Shown here piece by piece: positions 1 to 7,369 of a stretch of 24,000 nucleotides of DNA. The stretch lies in NCBI RefSeq assembly GCF_016495405.1, contig NZ_CP044522.1:2237876-2261875 (forward strand). Direction: 5' to 3'. A model generated the notes under the pieces. The model was not told the DNA's origin. It worked only from the letters and a program-made list of their open reading frames with translations, and made no database searches. Origin of the DNA: Cobetia sp. cqz5-12. GTDB taxonomy: Bacteria > Pseudomonadota > Gammaproteobacteria > Pseudomonadales > Halomonadaceae. The position numbers and the translations under genes are program-made. How positions within the stretch are numbered: position 1 is the stretch's first letter; each line of letters starts with the position of its first letter.

Positions 1-591
1 CTGCCCACGGTGATGATGGACGCCGAGCCCCAGCCGGGCTGGGACATGACGGTGGTCAATGATGATTCACGCCTGGGGGGCAGGCTTGCCATTGAGCATC
101 TGCTGGGCCGCGGGATCGAGCGCATCGCCCTGCTGACCGGGCCTCGTGATCATGCCCGTTCCCGAGAACGCCTGAGCGGAGCACTCGGGGCACTCAAGGC
201 TGCCGGCCTGGGCGTACCGGAGGACTGGCAGATCGCGACCCAATTGATGCTGGCCGACGGTCATCGCGCGGCCCACCTGCTGCTGGCCAATCCGGCCGAC
301 AGGCCCGATGCCATCTTCGCCTTCAATGACCTGCTGGCGCTGGGCTGTCTGCGCGCCGCCCAGGACCTGGGCATTGAAGTACCGCAGCAACTCTCGATCA
401 TCGGCTACGACGATATCGAGATCAGTGCCTACCTCTCACCCGCGCTGACCACCATCCGCCAGCCGATCTATACGCTGGGCACCACGGCAGTCGATCAGCT
501 GATCGCGCGCCTGGAGGGCACTCCTTTCCCGGGCCAGACCCAACTGGCCCCGAGACTGGTGGAACGCGACAGTGTCGCGCGGCCAGAATAG
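1..591 (+). CDS. LacI/GalR-family transcriptional regulator, C-terminal effector-binding domain (5' end lies left of the window)
   Basis: Frame 1 is open from base 1 to TAG 589-591. The translation (LLTGPRDHARSRERLSG...AIFAFNDLLALGCLRAAQDLGIEVPQQLSIIGYDDIEISAYLSPALTTIRQP) is the periplasmic-binding-protein-like sugar-binding fold of LacI repressors. The HTH is not in the window. Confidence 0.85.
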   Translation: MPTVMMDAEPQPGWDMTVVNDDSRLGGRLAIEHLLGRGIERIALLTGPRDHARSRERLSGALGALKAAGLGVPEDWQIATQLMLADGHRAAHLLLANPADRPDAIFAFNDLLALGCLRAAQDLGIEVPQQLSIIGYDDIEISAYLSPALTTIRQPIYTLGTTAVDQLIARLEGTPFPGQTQLAPRLVERDSVARPE

Positions 592-676
592 AGGACAGCA
601 TCCATACCGGATCAGCATCAAACATATCAAACAACAACATTTCTCTTATAGGTGAACACTGCCTACTCTGCCTCTC

Positions 677-2005
677 ATGAAACACCGCTGCCACGACTGG
701 CAGCACGAACATGAGGACACGCTAGTGACAGGCACTTCCCCTTCGAGCACTTTCCCTTCGGGCACTGCGCGAACAGATACTGTCCAGGCAGGCACTGACA
801 CGCCGACATCGGTACCAGACGCCGACAGTACGCCCGCCATTGGCCGCGGCTTGCTGTTGCTGATGGCGATCGCGGTCGCCGCGACCGCCGCCAATCTGTA
901 CTACAACCAGCCGCTGCTGGCAGAGATGGCCAGCTCACTGGGTGTGAGCCATGGCATGGTCGGCCTGATTCCCTCCGCAACCCAATTCGGCTACGCCGCC
1001 GCCATCCTGCTGATCTCGCCGCTGGGCGACACCATGGACAGGCGCCAGCTGATCCGCAATCTGTCCATCACCCTGGCACTGGCCTCACTGGGCATCTTCC
1101 TGGCCCCCAGCTTCTGGCCGCTGTTGCTGGCAAGCTTCGTGGCCGGGCTGGGCGCCAACATCACCCAGCAGCTGATTCCGCTGACCGCCTCGCTGTCCAC
1201 CCCCGAGGCCCGCGGCAAGAACATCGCCACCCTGATGACGGGGCTGACCATCGGCATACTGCTGTCACGCACCCTGAGCGGCAGCATCGGTGAATACTGG
1301 GGCTGGCGCAGCGTCTTCCTGGTCGCCGCCATCATCACCGTCATCATCGGTGTGCTGCTGCATCGCCACCTGCCCAGCCGTGCGCCAGCCGTGCAGATGG
1401 CCTACCCCAGACTGATCGCCTCGATGGGCACGCTGTTCAAGCAACATGCCCTGCTGCGAGAATCCGCGCTGACCGGCGCGCTGTGGTTCGCGGCCTTCAA
1501 TGCCATGTGGGCGACGCTGGCCATTCACGTCACCGATGCGCCGTTTGACTACAGCGTCCAGCAGGCGGGACTGTTCGGCATCATCGGGCTGGCAGGCATC
1601 TTCGGTGCCAAGGCGGCGGGCCGGCTGGTCAATCGTGTCGGCGCGGGGCGCCTGATCAGCTTCGCCCTGGTGATGGTGGCGGCGTCCTTCGCGGTGCTCG
1701 GCCTCTGGGGTGACAGCCTGGCCGGACTGATCGTCGGCATCATCCTGCTGGACCTGGGCGTCTTCGCGGCCCAGATTCCCAACCAGGTACGCGTGTTCTC
1801 GATCGACCCCAAGGCCCAGAGCCGCATGAACGCCGTCTACATGCTGTGCTACTACCTCGGTGCGGCAGCCGGTTCCGCCATCGGCGTCAAGATGATGAGC
1901 GTGTATGGCTGGCAGGGCATGTCGCTGTTCGGGCTGGCACTGGCAGCAGTGGCACTGGTGCATCATGGTGTGAAGCAGCGTCGCTCGGCCTCTTCAACAC
2001 AGTGA
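677..2005 (+). CDS. MFS transporter
   Basis: 442-codon ORF with about 12 hydrophobic segments and an MFS-type TM2-TM3 loop (PLGDTMDRRQL). The start is uncertain: ATG 677 has no Shine-Dalgarno, while in-frame GTG 725 follows GAGGA (713-717) by 7 nt. The first ~55 residues are a Thr/Ser/Pro-rich low-complexity tract. Confidence 0.85.
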   Translation: MKHRCHDWQHEHEDTLVTGTSPSSTFPSGTARTDTVQAGTDTPTSVPDADSTPAIGRGLLLLMAIAVAATAANLYYNQPLLAEMASSLGVSHGMVGLIPSATQFGYAAAILLISPLGDTMDRRQLIRNLSITLALASLGIFLAPSFWPLLLASFVAGLGANITQQLIPLTASLSTPEARGKNIATLMTGLTIGILLSRTLSGSIGEYWGWRSVFLVAAIITVIIGVLLHRHLPSRAPAVQMAYPRLIASMGTLFKQHALLRESALTGALWFAAFNAMWATLAIHVTDAPFDYSVQQAGLFGIIGLAGIFGAKAAGRLVNRVGAGRLISFALVMVAASFAVLGLWGDSLAGLIVGIILLDLGVFAAQIPNQVRVFSIDPKAQSRMNAVYMLCYYLGAAAGSAIGVKMMSVYGWQGMSLFGLALAAVALVHHGVKQRRSASSTQ

Positions 2006-2040
2006 GATCAGGACAGTGAGATCAAGACAGTGAGACGAGA
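1999..2040. repeat. 14-bp tandem repeat x3 (ACAGTGAGATCAGG / ACAGTGAGATCAAG / ACAGTGAGACGAGA) spanning the MFS stop codon
   Basis: Read directly. Three head-to-tail units at 1999-2012, 2013-2026 and 2027-2040, followed by a purine-rich AAGCGA-type tract to about 2115. Confidence 0.75.
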
Positions 2041-2317
2041 GCGCAAGCGAAGCGCTGGGTGGGCAAGCGAGGCGCGAAGGAGAGAAAGCGCGAAAGTGAT
2101 GAAAGCGAAGCGATGAACGGCTGAGAGCCTGAGATGGCGCCTGGTCAGCACGTCGAGTCATGGGCATTCACACCCCATGCCACGGCAGCTGGCCAGGCGC
2201 CTGAAATGGTGGCGCAATTCAGGTAAACTCTGCGCGCCATTTCGGTGCGTCGCCGACGTGGTACGCGATTCACGACCCGTTATCGGGGCAAGAACCCGTC
2301 AAACCCTCGAGATCCAC

Positions 2318-3529
2318 ATGAAGCTCATCGTCAAACTTATCCTCGGCATCATTGCCGGCCTGCTGATCGGCCTGATGGCCCCGGATGCCCTCGTACGTGC
2401 CGCGCTGACCGCCAAGGTCATCATCGGCCAGCTGATCAACTTCACCATCCCGTTGATCATCCTGTTCTACGTCATGAGCGGCATCGCGTCGCTGCCGAAG
2501 AATTCCGGCGCCATGCTGGGTCGTACCGTCGGCATGGCCTACGGGTCGACGATTCTGGCCGGCATCTTCGCCTTTCTGGTGGCCAGCAACCTGCTGCCCG
2601 GCATGCTGTCCGGCATGGCGCCGGTCGCTGAAGGCCGCGATGCCCTGACTCCCTTTCTCGATCTCGAAATCCCCGCGGCACTGCCGGTGATGACGGCCCT
2701 GGTGCTGGCCTTCGTGTTCGGCGTGGTCATCAGCCGCCGCGAACTGCCGACCCTGAAAAGCGCCGTCTTCGAATCGCGTGAAGTGGTCGAGGTGTTCCTC
2801 AATCGCGTCATCATCCCGCTGCTGCCCCTGTTCATCGCCGGCACCTTTGCCGAGATGGCCTACGAGGGCAAGGCGCTATCGACTCTAGATACCTTCTGGA
2901 AGGTGCTGGTGCTGGCGATCGTGATGCACTGGATCTGGCTGAGCACGGCCTACCTGATCACCGGCCTGATCCAGCGTCGTTCTCCGCTGGGCCTCCTGCG
3001 CAACATGCTGCCAGCCTACCTGACGGCGCTGGGTACCATGTCGTCGGCGGCGACCATTCCGGTCAGCCTGCGTCAGACCAAGGCCAACGGCGTCAGCGAT
3101 GAAGTGGCCAACTTCAGCGTGCCGCTGTGCGCCACCATCCACCTGTCCGGTTCCACCATCACCATCGTCACCTGTGCCACCGCCGTGATGATGATGAGCC
3201 ACAACCTGGCACTCGCAAGCCTCGGCGAAGTGATTCCGTTTCTGATCATGCTGGGCCTGACCATGATCGCCGCGCCCGGAGCACCGGGCGGCGCGGTGAT
3301 GGCGGCGCTTGGCGTGCTGGGCAGCATGCTTGGCTTCGGCGAGGCGGAACTTGGCCTGATGATCGCGCTGTATCTAGCCCAGGACAGCTTCGGCACCGCC
3401 ACCAACGTCACCGGCGATGGCGTGATCGCGCTGTGGGTCGATCACTTCGCACGCCGCGATGGTGTAGTGGCCACGCCGGAGCCGGATGCCGCGACCGGTG
3501 AAGCCCCGGTGGCACGCTCACAGCCGTGA
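2318..3529 (+). CDS. Dicarboxylate/amino acid:cation symporter (DAACS) family transporter
   Basis: The ORF-track entry 2177..3529 is trimmed to ATG 2318 (MKLIVKLILGIIAGLLIGL is a typical TM1 start). Family motifs are present: MSSAATIPVSL and DSFGTATNVTGDG. Polytopic hydrophobic profile. Confidence 0.85.
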   Translation: MKLIVKLILGIIAGLLIGLMAPDALVRAALTAKVIIGQLINFTIPLIILFYVMSGIASLPKNSGAMLGRTVGMAYGSTILAGIFAFLVASNLLPGMLSGMAPVAEGRDALTPFLDLEIPAALPVMTALVLAFVFGVVISRRELPTLKSAVFESREVVEVFLNRVIIPLLPLFIAGTFAEMAYEGKALSTLDTFWKVLVLAIVMHWIWLSTAYLITGLIQRRSPLGLLRNMLPAYLTALGTMSSAATIPVSLRQTKANGVSDEVANFSVPLCATIHLSGSTITIVTCATAVMMMSHNLALASLGEVIPFLIMLGLTMIAAPGAPGGAVMAALGVLGSMLGFGEAELGLMIALYLAQDSFGTATNVTGDGVIALWVDHFARRDGVVATPEPDAATGEAPVARSQP

Positions 3530-3596
3530 GCTGGGCCGTTCGCCCTGTCAGTCAGACGCCTCTTGATTGATACGAGACGTGCTGGCAATCACCAAA

Positions 3597-3628
3597 AGCC
3601 CCGCCTCCTTTCGGAGGCGGGGCTTTTT
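3597..3628 (+). terminator. Rho-independent terminator after the DAACS gene
   Basis: Perfect 12-bp stem AGCCCCGCCTCC / GGAGGCGGGGCT with loop TTTC, followed by TTTTT (3624-3628). Confidence 0.85.
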
Positions 3629-3794
3629 CATGTCCGCAATCGCGCTGCATGATGGCGGGCATGGCGGCGAGGTGAGACATGACGCCGCGCCGTGCCTGAC
3701 ACCCACAGGCCAAACGGCTACCATTGGCGCCCACGCGCGAGCGCTGTCATTGCTGCCGTACGCCATCACCCTGTTACCGTTGCCGGAGTGCCAG

Positions 3795-4853
3795 ATGTCC
3801 CTGCTTTCCCCTGCGCTGTCCTGTCTTACAATATCGCTACCGATATCTCGCCCGCGTCTGGCGCGCATGTTCGCCACCCTGTCGCTCACCACTGCCAGCC
3901 TGACCCTCGCCCAGCACGCCAGCGCGCTGGAGATCGGCATGCCTGCCGATGGCGGTGTCAGCGTAAGTCCCGCCGTGATGCTCGAAGCCGAGGGCACCCT
4001 CGATGACCAACTGAGCAGCCCGCTGATGCTCAAGCAGTTCTCGAGCCACGAGGCCGTGGAGCAAGGGCTGAGCGACGGTAGCCTCGACGCCGCCTACCTG
4101 ACACCGCAGATGCTCAAGGCACTGGCCGAAGGCGGCATGTCACTGCGAGTGCTGGATGGCGCGGATCTCGACGATGTCAGCCTGGTCGCGCGTGACGAGC
4201 TGATCCGCTACACCGAGTTGTTCGAGCCGCAGGAGCTGCTGATCCGCTTCCTCAATGACACCACGCGTGCAGTGCGAGTGGTGATGAGCGATGACGATGC
4301 ACGCTCGCATCTGGCCTTGAAGCAATGGGTCGAGGTCAAGGTCGGCTCCAGCATGCAGCTGGTCAGCCCGCGCTCGCTGGAAGAGCTCGAAGGCGATGAA
4401 TATGTCGGGGATGCGCCCCAGGCGCTGATCAACAGCCGCAAGATGCACGCTGCCTTCCTCAACGGCGATGACGCGACGCGTCTGGTGGCCTTGCATCCGC
4501 TGTCCAAGGACTGGCTGCCACGCGCCGACATGCTCGACCTGCCGCGCATGCTGCTGGTGAGTCGCGCCGATATCGAGGATGCGAGCCTTGAGGCCGAGCT
4601 CGAGTCGCTGGCCGTTGAGCACGCCCGCATGCAGCAGAGCCTGCATGGCGAGGAGCCGATGAAGCTTGCCTTCACGCTCAAGCAGGCCTGGCCGGCGGAT
4701 GCCGGTGAGGCACCGAGCCTGCCCAGGGTGGTACATGCGCTGAATGGGCGCTCGATCCCGAGCGCCGATATGCGCACCGCCCTCAAGGACTGGCTGGGTG
4801 AGCAGCAGGCCGCGGTCAGCTGGCCTGATCTTCAGAAGCAGACCCGGCAGTAG
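3795..4853 (+). CDS. Secreted/periplasmic protein of unknown function (possibly solute-binding-protein-like)
   Basis: The track ORF 3567..4853 cannot start at 3567 because it would read through the terminator at 3597-3628. ATG 3795 follows GGAG (3784-3787). It gives a signal-peptide-like N-terminus (SRPRLARMFATLSLTTASLTLAQHASA/LE). ATG 3867 is an alternative start. I recognise no family motif. Confidence 0.6.
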   Translation: MSLLSPALSCLTISLPISRPRLARMFATLSLTTASLTLAQHASALEIGMPADGGVSVSPAVMLEAEGTLDDQLSSPLMLKQFSSHEAVEQGLSDGSLDAAYLTPQMLKALAEGGMSLRVLDGADLDDVSLVARDELIRYTELFEPQELLIRFLNDTTRAVRVVMSDDDARSHLALKQWVEVKVGSSMQLVSPRSLEELEGDEYVGDAPQALINSRKMHAAFLNGDDATRLVALHPLSKDWLPRADMLDLPRMLLVSRADIEDASLEAELESLAVEHARMQQSLHGEEPMKLAFTLKQAWPADAGEAPSLPRVVHALNGRSIPSADMRTALKDWLGEQQAAVSWPDLQKQTRQ

Positions 4854-4893
4854 CCCCACCAGTCACGCCTGCCACAGGGCAAATCACAGACAC

Positions 4894-4922
4894 AAAAAAA
4901 CCCGCCGATTGGCGGGTTTTTT
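4894..4922. terminator. Bidirectional rho-independent terminator between convergent genes
   Basis: AAAAAAA-CCCGCC-GATT-GGCGGG-TTTTTT. An A-run and a T-run flank a GC stem, so it can terminate both strands. Confidence 0.85.
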
Positions 4923-4938
4923 CGATCAACGGCAACGA

Positions 4939-5472
4939 TCAGGCGTCGAGGGCTTCAGCGATCTGGGACTGAGCCTTCGGGCCGATGCCCTTGACTTCAG
5001 AGATCACGCCATCAGCGTGAGCCTTGCGAACCTTGGCGACGTCGTCATAGCCAGCGTCAGTCAGGGCACGGATGGCGGCAGCGTTGAGGCCGAGGTCTTC
5101 CAGAGAGGCCGCGTCGGCTTCTTCGGTCGCTTCCTCGACGGCTGCGCCCATCGGCATCATGCGAGACTGGGCGATGGCCTGTTCGCGTGCCAGACGTGCC
5201 TTGTACTGCACCAGCTTCTGGTTGAATTCGTGTTCGACCTGCTTGCGGTGCTTGTCAGAAGCTGCGGCTTTCTCGCTCAGGCGTTCGTTGCGAGCACGCA
5301 GGTCTTCGACTTCCTTCTTTGCCTTGTCACGGGCATTACGGAGCTTGTCGGCTTCCTTGCTGGCTTCACGCAGCTGACGCTCCAGCTCCTTGATGCGGGC
5401 GTTCTGGTCCTGCTTGGTGTCCTGCTCCTGAAACAGGGATGCAAGCTGGTCGTCAAGATTAGCGTCGGTCAT
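4939..5472 (-). CDS. Coiled-coil protein with C-terminal helix-hairpin-helix (alpha-CTD/NusA-AR-like) domain
   Basis: 177-aa ORF. Residues ~20-105 are strongly charged heptad-like sequence (KELERQLREASKEADKLRNARDKAKKEVEDLRARNERL). The C-terminus LEDLGLNAAAIRALTDAGYDDVAKV...VKGIGPKAQSQIAEAL carries a GIGxK HhH motif. Flanked by a strong terminator. Confidence 0.75.
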   Translation of the reverse strand: MTDANLDDQLASLFQEQDTKQDQNARIKELERQLREASKEADKLRNARDKAKKEVEDLRARNERLSEKAAASDKHRKQVEHEFNQKLVQYKARLAREQAIAQSRMMPMGAAVEEATEEADAASLEDLGLNAAAIRALTDAGYDDVAKVRKAHADGVISEVKGIGPKAQSQIAEALDA

Positions 5473-5654
5473 ACTGCTATGTTGCCTCGAATAATTGATA
5501 AAGAGCTAAAGTCTGGGCGCACATTCTACCGCAGTTCTTCAGTTTGTGCTGCATTTGAGCGCAACCCGAGCGGGATGAATGTGAATCGGAGGTCCTGCAT
5601 GGGGCAATATTACCCCAACTGTGTGACATCGCCAGTCACGGATGATCCAGTCTC

Positions 5655-5697
5655 GGATGAAACTGTGCGCTGGATGAGACTGTGCGCTGGATGAGAC
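5655..5697. repeat. 17-bp tandem repeat, 2.5 copies (GGATGARACTGTGCGCT)
   Basis: Read directly: 5655-5671 GGATGAAACTGTGCGCT, 5672-5688 GGATGAGACTGTGCGCT, 5689-5697 GGATGAGAC. Intergenic, upstream of the coiled-coil gene. Confidence 0.75.
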
Positions 5698-5750
5698 GGC
5701 ACTGAACGCACACGGCAACCACACTCTCGGCGCCATGGCGCAGGTCACGG

Positions 5751-5785
5751 AAAAGACAGCCCGTTTTCATGGACTGTCTTTTTCG
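5751..5785 (-). terminator. Probable terminator downstream of the cytochrome c gene
   Basis: GAAAAGACAG ... CTGTCTTTTT arms with a 14-nt loop. U-rich tails are possible on both strands. The long loop makes it weaker than the other terminators here. Confidence 0.5.
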
Positions 5786-5837
5786 CGGTTACAAAGCACT
5801 TGTTCAGGCCTGTCAGCAGAGACATCAGTGCCTGGAC

Positions 5838-7367
5838 TCAGTGCTTGCGCCAGTCCTCGAGCTTGTCGCTCAGCTGCTGACGACGCGTGTCGGGCGATGC
5901 CAGCGCTTCGGACTGATGACCTTCCCCGAAGCGATTCTCGAGATAGTCCATCAGGTTGATCAGCTCATCGTCGGTCAGGCTGTCATCGAAAGCCGGCATG
6001 AAGACACTGTGGCCATTGTTCTCACGCTGCACGCCATTGAGGATCGCCTGAGCCAGATTGTCCGGATAGACACTGCCGGTCACGCTGTTGTGGAACAGGG
6101 ACGGGTAGTAGCCATCCTGAGTGCCGGCGCCATCCGCGCCGTGGCACATGGCGCAGTGGCCAAGATACAGACGCACACCCGGCGTGGCGTCGGTCAGCTG
6201 ACCGATCAGGTCTTCATCATCGGGGCGCTTGTCCAGCGGCTGACCGCGCAGCAACAGCACGTCATCGGCCGGTGCACCCTGATTGAAGCGTGTGGCGACC
6301 TGCGGCTCGCTTTCGGCCTCGCGATCGCCATCATTGACCGCCTCGCCCTGCTCGCCCTTGCCATCCACCGCCGGAATCGACTTCAGATAGACCGCGATGG
6401 CGCGCAGATCATCTTCACTCATGTGACGCATTGAGTGCTCGACCACATCCGCCATCGGGCCGCCAGCCTGCGCCTTGCCCTTGAGGTTGCCGGTCGCCAG
6501 ATAGGTCTGGATATCCTGCTCGCTCCAGCTGCCCAATCCGTCCTTGTGATCAGGTGTCAGATTGAAGGCGCGCCAGCCTTCGATCATCGCCCCACCCAGA
6601 TAGCCTTCTTCCTCACCGGTCAGTGCCTTCTCCTGGAAGGCGACGCCGCGCTCGGTATGACAGCTGCCACAGTGGCCCGGCCCCTGGACGAGATAGGCGC
6701 CACGGTTCCAGTCGGCGCTCTTCTCGGGGTCATCCTGCCACGGCTCCAGCGGCGAGAAGATCTCTTCCCACAGCGCCATCGGCCAACGCATGTTGAGTGG
6801 GAACGGAATCTCGCTTTCGCGGTTGGGCGTGCTGCTCGGCGTCACGTCATGCATGTTCCAGGCGTAGAGCGCCTTGATGTCCTCATCCGTCAGACGGGCA
6901 TAGGACGGAAACGGCATCGCCGGATAGAGGTTGTGGCCATCAGCGGCTTCACCCTCGCGCAGCACACGGGTGTACTCCTCGAGGGTGTAGTTGCCGATGC
7001 CGTGCTCGGTATCCGGGGTGATGTTGGTGGCGTAGATCTCGCCCACCGGGGTCTCGAAGCCGAGGCCACCGGCATATTCATCGCCGTCCTCGGTGCTGTG
7101 ACAGGCCGCGCAATCACTGGCGCGCGCCATATACAGCCCCTTCTCGATCAGCGCGGGGTCATGGGTGGCGGCCTTGTCGGCTTCCACCTGCCTGGCGTGC
7201 TCGTCCTCGCCGCTGCCACAGGCACTGAGCAACAAGGCGCTGGTACCCGCAATGGCGGCCAGACGGACGGCACGAGTCAGGCGTGCGGGGCGAAGGATCG
7301 GGCGGGCACCACGACCTTTCTCATCAATGGCATCACGGGTGCCAGCAGTACGGACGTGCGGAACCAT
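5838..7367 (-). CDS. Triheme cytochrome c subunit of a membrane-bound flavoprotein dehydrogenase (gluconate 2-dehydrogenase-type)
   Basis: Three CxxCH heme motifs (CAACH, CGSCH, CAMCH). The start is trimmed to ATG 7367, 2 nt after the upstream TAA (7370-7372), which suggests translational coupling. The N-terminus ends in a lipobox-like LLLSAC. Confidence 0.9.
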   Translation of the reverse strand: MVPHVRTAGTRDAIDEKGRGARPILRPARLTRAVRLAAIAGTSALLLSACGSGEDEHARQVEADKAATHDPALIEKGLYMARASDCAACHSTEDGDEYAGGLGFETPVGEIYATNITPDTEHGIGNYTLEEYTRVLREGEAADGHNLYPAMPFPSYARLTDEDIKALYAWNMHDVTPSSTPNRESEIPFPLNMRWPMALWEEIFSPLEPWQDDPEKSADWNRGAYLVQGPGHCGSCHTERGVAFQEKALTGEEEGYLGGAMIEGWRAFNLTPDHKDGLGSWSEQDIQTYLATGNLKGKAQAGGPMADVVEHSMRHMSEDDLRAIAVYLKSIPAVDGKGEQGEAVNDGDREAESEPQVATRFNQGAPADDVLLLRGQPLDKRPDDEDLIGQLTDATPGVRLYLGHCAMCHGADGAGTQDGYYPSLFHNSVTGSVYPDNLAQAILNGVQRENNGHSVFMPAFDDSLTDDELINLMDYLENRFGEGHQSEALASPDTRRQQLSDKLEDWRKH

Positions 7368-7369
7368 GC

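Noticed and set aside
3567-3794. N-terminal 76 codons of track ORF 3567..4853
   Set aside because: This stretch would be translated straight through the rho-independent terminator at 3597-3628. The real start must lie downstream, at 3795 or 3867.
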